Below are positions 17,736-26,076 of a stretch of DNA of 64,000 bases, piece by piece. A program made the translations under genes and the position numbers. Below the pieces are notes generated by a model. That model did not search any database, was not told where the DNA came from, and worked only from the letters and a program-made list of their open reading frames with translations. The stretch spans positions 448,001 through 512,000 of the forward strand of contig CAVOYH010000003.1 in the NCBI GenBank assembly GCA_963700635.1. The letters are read 5' to 3'. Origin of the DNA: an uncultured Bacteroidota bacterium. GTDB taxonomy: Bacteria; Bacteroidota; Ignavibacteria; UBA10030; UBA6906. How positions within the stretch are numbered: position 1 is the first letter of the stretch; every line of letters starts with the position of its first letter.

Positions 17736-17993
17736 CGTATTCACCGTAAGAGTCCTCCAGTACCGCTTTGCGGAGCGAATGGCTATGGCGCATATCGTCA
17801 CACGTGCCAACGCCGGCCCGCGCCGCATACTGCAATGAACGCGTTCGATATCGACAACGGACGCGAACTACTCGGCCATGGGGCGCGGGCTCGAGTGAGC
17901 ACTATGTACATCGCCCCGCCGAAGGGCGTTTCTCAAGGCGCAGGAAACATCTAGTTGCGATCGCGTGTTACGGCACAGTATGTCCGTGATATA

Positions 17994-18350
17994 TCATCCT
18001 CCGACGACGACTTTGAATCCGCCGTACGCCATGCGCTTTAAGTCGAACGGCATTTCGGTTGGCTGGTCGCACATAGTGGCGACTTCTTTCATCACTTTCG
18101 CGTTTACGCGGTCGCGGTGTGATCGCGATTTGAAAACGATATAGGAGAACCCTACAGTCTCGCCACGTTTGAGCCTGGTCATCCGCGGAAAGAGTGCACC
18201 CCACTTCGGCTTGAGGTCATCGCCAATACACTCTTTGTAATCCAGGGCGCCGTGCTTTTTCCAGAGTTTGTGCCCGGCCCGAGCCATTCGAAGATAGGCC
18301 TTGATGTTCTTTTTGGGTATGGTGAAAACATATCCGTCCACGTATTTCAT
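17994..18350 (-). CDS. DUF1428 (YbaA-like) protein
   Basis: YVDGYV, HGALDYKEC, KSRSHRDRVNAKVM and MPFDLKRMAYGGF motifs. Confidence 0.9.
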   Translation of the reverse strand: MKYVDGYVFTIPKKNIKAYLRMARAGHKLWKKHGALDYKECIGDDLKPKWGALFPRMTRLKRGETVGFSYIVFKSRSHRDRVNAKVMKEVATMCDQPTEMPFDLKRMAYGGFKVVVGG

Positions 18351-18489
18351 CTGGTCCCTCCTTGAGTAATTGTGACCTGACAGGAACTTTCAACTTCGGC
18401 TTTGTCGAGTATCATAAGCAAGTTCTGGCTGAACTACGTGCCGCAAAGCGCGCTGCCAACTGAGACGCAGAATGCATGGATGGGACCTT

Positions 18490-18600
18490 CTCGCTGCGCC
18501 ATCCGTGGGATAAGATCCGGTGTCACTTTCCCCTCGTGGCTTGGAACAACGGTCACGTCGGCTCCGAATGCCCGCATAGTATCCAGCTTCTCTTTCTTGG
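18490..18600 (-). pseudogene. Internal fragment of a PLP-dependent cysteine synthase-family gene
   Basis: Manual translation KEKLDTMRAFGADVTVVPSHEGKVTPDLIPRM (EKxxxMRAFGAxVxxV motif); not in the ORF track. Confidence 0.65.
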
Positions 18601-18649
18601 TTCGTGTTTATCCGGTGAAATATGATCCATGTGCTCCGCCGGACATGAC

Positions 18650-18799
18650 CCACAACGTATCGCCGCTCCACGCAGCCCCCACCACACCAACACTCTACCA
18701 ATTGAGCGGCGCGCTTGAGCGTATTCACTGCATTATGCCGACATTGGTCTCATCTTTGCCTTTGCAGATGAGTGCGCGACGTGGTGCGTCGTATTGTGC
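18650..18799 (-). repeat. attC-like site (~150 bp)
   Basis: Cassette strand GCACAAT-ACGAC-GCACCACG ... CGTGGAGC-GGCGATAC-GTTGTGG, beginning about 20 bp after the TolB-like gene's stop. Confidence 0.65.
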
Positions 18800-18821
18800 G
18801 AAGACGTTACGGTGCGCATCG

Positions 18822-19799
18822 TCAGTGCGGACGCCACACTGGGGTTTCATTTCGTTTTGGTTCACTTGTCAGACGAATCTTCTTTCGTGTTTCCACATGT
18901 ATTATCCACACATCATATTGGGCAGAGGTGCCGCTGGAGTAGGCAATCCATTTCCCGTCAGGTGACCACGAAGGTGAGTAGTCTTCTAAGATGTCTTGCG
19001 TCACATTGATCATGCCGCTGCCATCACTGTTCATAATAAAAATCTCGAAGTTCTTATCTTCAGCAGGTCCGTAGAATGCTATCCTTTTTCCATCAGGGGA
19101 ACATTTTGCCCCGGAGTCAAATCCCTTTTTTACTGTCAAACGCTTTTCGTTTTTCCCGTCTGCATCCATCATAAATATCTCACCATTTGCAGCATGAGAT
19201 GTATCGTCCGGTTCCTTTATCTGTCTTGTAAAGAGAATTGTATTTCCATCTGCTGACCACGTTGGTACTTCTTCAAATGCTTCATTTGATGTGAGCCGTG
19301 CAATATTGGAACCGTCGGCGTTCATTGTATATATCTCTCTGCTTTTGTGGTCTCTGTCTGATGTGAAAACAATGTGTTTCCCGTCGGGAGACCAGGTGGG
19401 CAGATAGTCGTTAGAAGGATGATTCGAAAGATTCCGCTGATTGTTTCCATCGGCGTCCATAACATAGATCTCGTTATTGCCATCACGATTCGAGTAAAAC
19501 AGTATATGGTTACCGTCTGGTGACCACGATGACCAGAAGTCCAGAGCCTTGTTGTTAGTCAAATTCTTTTCGTTCTGACCGGTTGCGTCCATTGAGTAGA
19601 CTTCAAAATTGCCGTCCCTCGTGGTCAGGAACGACAACACGCCATGAGGCACTTCCGTTGCCTTATCGTTGCCCTGACTGGTAGAGAGCGTCTTACACCC
19701 CGACCCACAGACTAAGAGTATCCCGAAGAATGATAAAATGAAGGGAGCCCTGTTATTCACCTGTCTGTTTGAGCTGTAAGGGACATCGAGAGTTTCCAC
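18822..19799 (-). CDS. TolB-like PD40 beta-propeller lipoprotein
   Basis: Repeated (W/C)SPDG motifs and EIYVMDADG repeats; GSGC lipobox; visibly AT-richer than the flanks. Confidence 0.85.
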   Translation of the reverse strand: METLDVPYSSNRQVNNRAPFILSFFGILLVCGSGCKTLSTSQGNDKATEVPHGVLSFLTTRDGNFEVYSMDATGQNEKNLTNNKALDFWSSWSPDGNHILFYSNRDGNNEIYVMDADGNNQRNLSNHPSNDYLPTWSPDGKHIVFTSDRDHKSREIYTMNADGSNIARLTSNEAFEEVPTWSADGNTILFTRQIKEPDDTSHAANGEIFMMDADGKNEKRLTVKKGFDSGAKCSPDGKRIAFYGPAEDKNFEIFIMNSDGSGMINVTQDILEDYSPSWSPDGKWIAYSSGTSAQYDVWIIHVETRKKIRLTSEPKRNETPVWRPH

Positions 19800-19854
19800 T
19801 GAGTAGTCCTTCTATCGTTAGGTCGGTTCGATTGATTGTCGCGCGCAGAGTTCC

Positions 19855-19881
19855 GCATGACGGCTGGCCGCACCACGCAGC
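19855..19881 (-). repeat. attC-like right end
   Basis: Cassette strand GCTGCGTGGTGCGGCCAGCC-GTCATGC, just upstream of the TolB-like gene. Confidence 0.55.
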
Positions 19882-19955
19882 AGTTCCTGGTGATCCAAGA
19901 TTCGACCTCGCCTAGCCTGCAACTCGCCGCGGGGTTTCCTTCTGTTTGGCGACTG

Positions 19956-20163
19956 GAATATATCCCATTGGGGACAATAGAACAACCAGCACCCCGTGGA
20001 TCCCGTGTGCCCGAGAATCGCGGGCATAGGAGCGGCCAGTGATAAGACCCGGGGTAGACGGAAACGCATGATCCCGATTCCATATTCGACCGGCCAACCC
20101 GGCGAGCGCAATGCTGCGCGGTCCAGCGGGAATCCGAAACGATGCCAGTTGTCTTGTAAAGTG
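19956..20163 (-). pseudogene. C-terminal fragment of a serine hydrolase gene
   Basis: WHRFGFPLDRAALRSPGWPVEYGIGIMRFRLP...ILGHTGSTGCWLFYCPQWD (YGxG and GHTG motifs of the beta-lactamase fold). Confidence 0.7.
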
Positions 20164-20199
20164 CCGCAAAACGACTTATGAAAATGTATCTTTGCTTAC

Positions 20200-20325
20200 G
20201 CATAACGTTCAGGCGCGCGCAACGGGGTAAGTGAGCTCAACTTTCCCTGGTCGCACCAGACCTTGAAGACCTCCCCAATTCAAGACCTCCATAAAGCGAG
20301 AGTGTCGTGGTGCAGGTTGTCAGGC
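20200..20325 (-). repeat. attC-like site (~126 bp)
   Basis: Cassette strand GCCTGAC-AACCT-GCACCACG ... GCGCCTGAAC-GTTATGC, starting 12 bp after the DUF3788 gene's stop. Confidence 0.7.
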
Positions 20326-20336
20326 GCAGGCACCTC

Positions 20337-20756
20337 TCAAGTTCTCAGAGACTTCAATGTATCGACGACTATGCTGACGGCCTTCATGTCGCTTGCCTTC
20401 TTGACATCTAAGTGCAGAGGCCAGCCTTCGGGGTACCTTTTGGCTACCGCCAATTCCCCCTTTAGCTTTGCCGGCAGTTTCGAATTCAGCAAGGCTTCCT
20501 TCTCGATGTCTCGCACCGCAAACCCCAGCCTGAATGCTCCTTCCTGCGGAATGAGATAGAGCAGCGCCTTCCCCTTGTGTGTAGCTTTGAGTTGCCAACC
20601 GTACTTGGCCCCATAGAACTTCCACTCGCGGGGATAGGCTTCTATAGACGCGAGAATGTCCTTATATACAGGGTAGACTGCTCGGAGGGCCTTCTTCAGT
20701 TTCGGGTCATCAGGAACGAGCTCCTTGCTGCTAAAGTAGATTTGAATGGCTGTCAT
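20337..20756 (-). CDS. DUF3788-family protein (first cassette)
   Basis: EWKFYGAKYGW, KALLYLIP and AKRYPEGW motifs. Confidence 0.75.
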   Translation of the reverse strand: MTAIQIYFSSKELVPDDPKLKKALRAVYPVYKDILASIEAYPREWKFYGAKYGWQLKATHKGKALLYLIPQEGAFRLGFAVRDIEKEALLNSKLPAKLKGELAVAKRYPEGWPLHLDVKKASDMKAVSIVVDTLKSLRT

Positions 20757-20789
20757 GTCCGTCGAAACCTCCGGTTGTGGGACCTCTGG

Positions 20790-20830
20790 TGAGATAGCTT
20801 GCGCCTAACTACTGCCTCTACGAATTTCGT
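20790..20830 (-). other. Candidate attI-like recombination site
   Basis: Perfect GTTAGGC core (20803-20809) between the recombinase remnant and the first cassette; no partner inverted arm seen. Confidence 0.5.
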
Positions 20831-20914
20831 TTAGGTGAGCCCGGGGGTGCGGTTGGCGAAGTATTGCGTGTGGGCCGCTCATGGCTTTGTACCACCCGGT
20901 CCAACGGACTCCTT

Positions 20915-21000
20915 ATCCGCCCCCGCCTCAAGCAAATGCGTCGCAAAGAAATGCCGCAGCGTGTGCACCGTCTCCGGCTTCCGAATCCCACCCCGCCCCA
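20915..21000 (-). pseudogene. Tyrosine recombinase (IntI/XerC-D-like) remnant
   Basis: [28 protein letters not shown] equals box II HxLRHxFATHLLExG; the downstream LLGH and catalytic Tyr and the whole N-terminus are missing. Confidence 0.8.
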
Positions 21001-21188
21001 ATGCCCGCAATATCTTGCCGAATAGCGAGAAAGTCAATGACCGGTCGCTCCCAGAGAATACCATGGAAAACTCCATCGACATAATACCGCAGAAGATCAC
21101 AAACAGTATCCCGACCCCGATAGACCCCGCCACATTACATTTCCGATGACCCTGACTTTCCGTTGATCATGGCCGCTTCCCGATTGAC

Positions 21189-22853
21189 TTACAAGCGTAA
21201 TCTCACCCAATGTCCTGCCACCGCCGACATAAACAACAATCCGCCTGCACAACCAACAACGAGCGGCACGCCGGCAGCGATCGAGACGTCCGCCGCACCC
21301 ATAAAATCCAAGAGAGGCATGTCAAGCGGATGCCCCGGACCAAGATACCAGATCAGCACATAGACGATCTCGAACAACCGATTAGTCTGACTCCAGGTGC
21401 CCAGTGCCAACGCCAGCGCCGGAACAAACGCCGCCCCGGCACACCACGCCCCCAGAGCAGACCACTTTGCAGAGAACAAGAGATTCAAACCAACGCCACT
21501 TCCGCATAACATCGTCACAAACAATCCCCCCAACCACGCTGCCGGCAATTGCCGAACGAACATACGCGGCGAGGAATATACCAGCTGGTACATCCCGAAC
21601 CGTTCTGCACGCGTGCCAAGCACAGACCAGAGCAGAATAGGCCACAACCAGGCGGCAGGCAGCCAGAACTGCCTTGCTTCCTCTGTCGGACTTACGAGAC
21701 CTCCAATGATCATTACCGCGGCACCGGCATACCACCACCACCGCTGCCCCTTGATCATCAATCGCACTTCCGCCCGCACGACACGGAAAAACGCGGAGTG
21801 CCCGAAACCTGGAAGGGCAATCCGACCGAACAGCCCTTTGCCGCGCTGATTCTGTGTATCAAGAGACGCCTCCCTTACGATTCTACCACCGGGAACCACT
21901 CTCTGTAATCGCAACAGCAGATGATTCCAAAAACTCTGATGGTCGGACGCCTGTTCGAGGTTTCGTCCCTTTTGTTTCCTCCCTTTCGTCGCCTTCCTCT
22001 CTAACGACGGATCAAATCGGTGAAAGAAGATACTGCCCAGAGACACCAGGCCTGCCGACCACCCCAACCAGAGCAACCGGCTTAGCACAACGTCCGCTGT
22101 CCAGTCTATTCCGGTCCAGAGAAACGTACGCAAGCCTCCAGGTGGTATCTCTTTCCACGTAAGGACAAAACCTCCCGTATACCCCGGATCAACACCCTGC
22201 AAGGCCCCTCCCATACTCTGATGCACAATCACAATCCCTGACCAATCCATCCATGTACTCATCGTTATGAACGGCCCGGCAAGTGCAAATGTCCAGAAGA
22301 AAAAATAGAGCACGTTGCCGAACCCGCCCCGCAACCAGCACACCGTCTCGAAGAACAATGCTACTGCCGCTATGAACGCCATGGCCGGTATCGCAAGCAA
22401 AACAAAAGGCAACAGAAGCGCTATAAAATCGACAGGAGAGGTGTCGTCCCCGATTGCCTGCATGACAACCGCAGCCCCGGCAAGTATTCCGACGAACGCC
22501 GAGAGCACTGCCCAGTTGCTCAGCCATTTTCCCAGACAATAGACTATTCGCGAAATTGGTAATGTGGCAATAATCTGTCCGACTCCAGTTTGATTGTCTC
22601 GCTCGATCACATTCTTGACAAAATAGAAACCGAACAGCGATATCAGAAGCACGGCAGAGGCCGTTACCATACCGCCCACCCACGCTGAATTGAGCACGCC
22701 GCTATACCCACCGAGCGCAACATAGAGATCACCTCGGTTGATGGCGTATCCGATGTAGAGTGTGCCGGCGAGAACAAGCAGAAAACCATATTGTCTTACA
22801 CGTTCAAGAAAGTCGGCACGGGCCAGGTGATAGACGACACGGACGGAGCTCAC
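21189..22853 (-). CDS. ABC-2 type transporter permease-like membrane protein
   Basis: LARADFLERVR N-terminus, two TM bundles; overlaps the ATPase stop. Confidence 0.8.
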   Translation of the reverse strand: MSSVRVVYHLARADFLERVRQYGFLLVLAGTLYIGYAINRGDLYVALGGYSGVLNSAWVGGMVTASAVLLISLFGFYFVKNVIERDNQTGVGQIIATLPISRIVYCLGKWLSNWAVLSAFVGILAGAAVVMQAIGDDTSPVDFIALLLPFVLLAIPAMAFIAAVALFFETVCWLRGGFGNVLYFFFWTFALAGPFITMSTWMDWSGIVIVHQSMGGALQGVDPGYTGGFVLTWKEIPPGGLRTFLWTGIDWTADVVLSRLLWLGWSAGLVSLGSIFFHRFDPSLERKATKGRKQKGRNLEQASDHQSFWNHLLLRLQRVVPGGRIVREASLDTQNQRGKGLFGRIALPGFGHSAFFRVVRAEVRLMIKGQRWWWYAGAAVMIIGGLVSPTEEARQFWLPAAWLWPILLWSVLGTRAERFGMYQLVYSSPRMFVRQLPAAWLGGLFVTMLCGSGVGLNLLFSAKWSALGAWCAGAAFVPALALALGTWSQTNRLFEIVYVLIWYLGPGHPLDMPLLDFMGAADVSIAAGVPLVVGCAGGLLFMSAVAGHWVRLRL

Positions 22854-23734
22854 GGAGCACCTCCCTTACCATTCTGCTCGATACAATAGAGATACGCATC
22901 CTCCAGTGTGGGCGGAACCCTTTGCGCTGAAGGAACCGGAGAGTCTTCTGATACAAACCGAACCTGAACGCCCCCATTTCGCCGGATCGTTCCACTGATG
23001 AGATGTCTGGATTTTATGCCCGGCAACTCCCCGCCGGACACCACGCCCTCCCAGACCTTCCCTTCGACCGTCGCCAGAAGTGATTCGGGCGAGGTATGTT
23101 TGATCAAACGCCCATGTGTCACAATCGCGAGATCAGTCGCGGTGGCTTCGACATCCGAGACAATATGGGTGGAGAGGATAATAATCCGTTCACCGGACAA
23201 TTCGGAAAGAAGCGTGCGGAAGCGTACCCGCTCTTCAGGATCAAGACCGACTGTCGGTTCGTCAACGATGAGCAGCTGCGGGTCATTGAGCAATGCCTGG
23301 GCTATCCCGATTCGTTGTTTCATGCCTCCCGAGTACCCACCGAGTGGTCTCTTGCGGGCATCCTGGAGGTTGCACACCTTCAGCAGCTCGTCCTTCCGGC
23401 GACGAGCGGTGGCCGGGTCGACGCCCCGTAATGCCGCCAGATAGTCCAGAAATTCGTCTGCGTTCAGATGAGGATACACTCCGAAATCCTGAGGAAGGTA
23501 CCCAAGCACGGCCCGTAATACATCCGGCTTCTGTACGATATCAGTTCCGTCCCACAGTACGCTTCCCGTGGTCGGTCTCGTCACGGTTGCCAGGATCCTC
23601 ATCAACGTTGACTTTCCCGCGCCATTAGGGCCAAGTAAACCGAGGATTCCAGGCCTGAACGTAAGACTGAAGTCTCTCAGCCCCCATACGTTGCCGCGGT
23701 ATCGTTTGCCGACATCTGTAACGGCAAGATTCAT
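22850..23734 (-). CDS. ABC transporter ATP-binding protein
   Basis: GPNGAGKST Walker A, YSGGMKQR signature, LIVDEPT Walker B. Confidence 0.95.
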   Translation of the reverse strand: MNLAVTDVGKRYRGNVWGLRDFSLTFRPGILGLLGPNGAGKSTLMRILATVTRPTTGSVLWDGTDIVQKPDVLRAVLGYLPQDFGVYPHLNADEFLDYLAALRGVDPATARRRKDELLKVCNLQDARKRPLGGYSGGMKQRIGIAQALLNDPQLLIVDEPTVGLDPEERVRFRTLLSELSGERIIILSTHIVSDVEATATDLAIVTHGRLIKHTSPESLLATVEGKVWEGVVSGGELPGIKSRHLISGTIRRNGGVQVRFVSEDSPVPSAQRVPPTLEDAYLYCIEQNGKGGAP

Positions 23735-23848
23735 TGATTTCTCGTAGAAGTGATTTGCCTGATAATCTACAACCCTCCATTCCCGTAATCAATCAGCCGA
23801 ACTCCCCATAGGCTTTGCGTTCTTCTCCCTTTCTTCGTATTTTTCAGT

Positions 23849-24298
23849 ATGGATAAGACCCCCGCCCGGATACTGACAATTCTCCTCTGCCTCCGCGCCC
23901 TGCCCGGTGTCGGGTTCGGACAAACACGCGACGGCCTGATGGGCCACCAGTGGGGCACTCCCGTCGCCATGCTGGCAAACAAAGTTGAACTCCGGTCCCC
24001 ACGCGCTGACGGCGAAATGCTTCTCTACTCGACCGGCCTCCGATCGCTCGGCGATGCCGCCATCGAACAATGTGATCTGGAATTCGTGCACGGCCGGCTT
24101 GCCGGGGTCATCGTCACGACGCGGAGTGAGAAAAACTCCCGCCACATCCTCTCACTCCTCCAGAAAGAATACGGGGAAGGTCAGAGTAATCACCCCAGAA
24201 CCCGCACGTGGATAACACCCAACACGCGTGTATGCTACGACGAGGATAGCCTCGGCGACGCCTATGTGTACTGGTACTCGATGCTCCTCCAGCAATGA
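23849..24298 (+). CDS. Exported hypothetical protein upstream of hypA
   Basis: 149 aa with a signal-peptide-like N-terminus; stop 3 bp before hypA. Confidence 0.6.
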   Translation: MDKTPARILTILLCLRALPGVGFGQTRDGLMGHQWGTPVAMLANKVELRSPRADGEMLLYSTGLRSLGDAAIEQCDLEFVHGRLAGVIVTTRSEKNSRHILSLLQKEYGEGQSNHPRTRTWITPNTRVCYDEDSLGDAYVYWYSMLLQQ

Positions 24299-24301
24299 GC
24301 C

Positions 24302-24664
24302 ATGCACGAACTCTCGATCGCACAGAGTATCGTCGATATCATTGACCAGTATGTCCCCCGGGAGCAACGCCATACGATTCGCAGCATCAAACTTCGTGTC
24401 GGCGAGCTGTCCGGTGTTGTCCCGGGTTCGCTCGCCTTTTGTTTCACAGCCGTCACCGCCGGCACCCCGATGGCCCGGGCCGTGCTGGAGATCGAACATG
24501 TTCCCTATGTCCTCCATTGTGCACACTGCGAATCCGACTCTACAACCGAACCCGGCCTCGCCCTCTGCCCTCGCTGTAACTCAAGGCAAACGACTGTCCG
24601 TTCGGGCACCGAGCTGCAGGTCGTTACCATTGATCTTGACGATGATCCCCCGGAGCGTGGATGA
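24302..24664 (+). CDS. hypA: Hydrogenase maturation nickel metallochaperone HypA
   Basis: MHELSIA N-terminus, two CxxC motifs, GTEL. Confidence 0.95.
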   Translation: MHELSIAQSIVDIIDQYVPREQRHTIRSIKLRVGELSGVVPGSLAFCFTAVTAGTPMARAVLEIEHVPYVLHCAHCESDSTTEPGLALCPRCNSRQTTVRSGTELQVVTIDLDDDPPERG

Positions 24665-25323
24665 GTGTCATTACGATTGAACGGAAAGTTCTTGAAAAGA
24701 ACGATGAAGTCGCAAGGCAGAATCGTGCACTCTTCGCCGATCACGGTGTCTTCGCACTGAACATGGTCAGCTCCCCGGGCGCCGGAAAGACCAGCATTCT
24801 CGAACGCACGCTTGAACACCTTCAGGGTTCGCTCAAGATCGCGGTAATTGAAGGTGATGTGCAAACAGACCTGGATGCACGCCGTGTGGCAAAGTATAAT
24901 GTCCCCGCAGTCCAGATCGTGACCAGAGGAGGATGCCACCTCGAAGCGAACCTCGTGCGCGATGCGCTCGGAAACCTCGACTTGAAAACCATTGACCTGC
25001 TCATCATCGAAAACGTCGGTAATCTTGTCTGTCCGTCGAATTACGACCTGGGCGAGGCCATGAAGGTTGTTGTTGCCTCCACCACGGAGGGCGATGACAA
25101 ACCCCTGAAGTACCCCGCCATGTTCCGCAATGCATCCGTGCTGATTTTGAACAAGATTGATCTCCTCCCGTACATCCCGTGTGACCTTTCGGCGCTGAAA
25201 GAAAACGCTTTAAAGATCAACCCCTCTCTCACAGTGTTCGAAACATCCTGTACAACAGGCCAGGGAATTACCTCCTGGTGCGAGTGGCTCACCGAGAACT
25301 CGCGCAGAAAACCTGCTTCCTGA
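24661..25323 (+). CDS. hypB: Hydrogenase nickel incorporation GTPase HypB
   Basis: SSPGAGKT, GCHL, ENVGNLVCP, EGDDKPLKYP and NKID motifs. Confidence 0.95.
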   Translation: MSVITIERKVLEKNDEVARQNRALFADHGVFALNMVSSPGAGKTSILERTLEHLQGSLKIAVIEGDVQTDLDARRVAKYNVPAVQIVTRGGCHLEANLVRDALGNLDLKTIDLLIIENVGNLVCPSNYDLGEAMKVVVASTTEGDDKPLKYPAMFRNASVLILNKIDLLPYIPCDLSALKENALKINPSLTVFETSCTTGQGITSWCEWLTENSRRKPAS

Positions 25324-25557
25324 GCCTCTTTTACGCGCCATTCTGTTCCTATTTTTGGGAATTGACGCAGCTCCAGCCAGAGTATGTGCCCATTCCTGTT
25401 TGTTTGTAAGGGTTTCACGTGGCATGCGAGTTGCATTAACTTACTCATACGAGGTACGCCATGGACCGGCATCTTAACTGTTTAGGTTTGCTACACTTGC
25501 GATCCCTGCTTTCCCTGGCCCCTCCCATTGACCACTACTCACGTATGCATACAACAG

Positions 25558-26076
25558 ATGCCAACGACTCAAAAACCCAAACCACATCCGAGCGGCGACA
25601 GCCGGTTTAAGCTCCTCGACCGCGCTATCACCAAGCACCAGTCGCGCGGTGACGCACTGATTGAAGTGCTCCATGCCGCCCAGGGAATCTTCGGGTTCCT
25701 TGAAAACGACCTGCTCATCTATATCGCCCGTGCACTCAAGCTGCCTCTGAGCCGCGTGTACGGCGTGGCCACATTCTATCATTTCTTCACCCTCAAGCCA
25801 AAAGGGAAACACACGTTCGTCCTCTGCACCGGTACAGCGTGCTACGTGAAAGGTGCGAATAAGATTCAACATGCCGTCGAGGAATGCTGCGCGGTGCAGT
25901 TTGGCGAAACCACACCCGACAACAAGGTCTCCCTGATCTCCGCCCGCTGCGTCGGGTCCTGCGGTATCGCTCCGGTGGCAGTATTGGACGATCAGGTCGC
26001 CGGCAAGCTCACCCCCGAAGGTGCCGTGGAACGTGTGAGAGTCTGGCAACAACAACCCGATGAGGTACCCGCATGA
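25558..26076 (+). CDS. hoxE: Bidirectional hydrogenase subunit HoxE (NuoE-like 2Fe-2S)
   Basis: [26 protein letters not shown] and CVGSC motifs. Confidence 0.9.
   Translation: MPTTQKPKPHPSGDSRFKLLDRAITKHQSRGDALIEVLHAAQGIFGFLENDLLIYIARALKLPLSRVYGVATFYHFFTLKPKGKHTFVLCTGTACYVKGANKIQHAVEECCAVQFGETTPDNKVSLISARCVGSCGIAPVAVLDDQVAGKLTPEGAVERVRVWQQQPDEVPA

Larger units (their letters stand above)
3040..21000 (-). mobile_element. Decaying integron-like gene-cassette array (CALIN-like) with an integrase remnant
   Basis: About 18 functionally unrelated co-oriented ORFs, about 10 attC-like full or half sites, a GTTAGGC core at 20803-20809 and an [15 protein letters not shown] remnant at 20915-21000. Confidence 0.7.

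Noticed and set aside
17800-17973. Additional attC site between the DUF1428 gene and the IPT lipoprotein gene
   Set aside because: A left arm (CCGTAAC-ACGCG) is present, but several alternative right ends fit equally poorly, so it was not called as a feature.
13947-20325. Repeats with unique intervening sequence read as a CRISPR array
   Set aside because: The repeats are long, degenerate and separated by whole genes; there is no regular 60-70 bp period and no cas gene in the window.
20879-21133. 84 aa ORF as a functional recombinase
   Set aside because: Only about 30 residues match box II; the catalytic Arg I, LLGH and Tyr are absent and the rest is unrelated sequence.
25395-25425. Possible Rex operator (TTGTAAGGGTTTCACGT) upstream of hoxE
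   Set aside because: One base short of TTGTGAA-N4-TTCACAA with several mismatches; biologically plausible but unsupported without a genome-wide motif.
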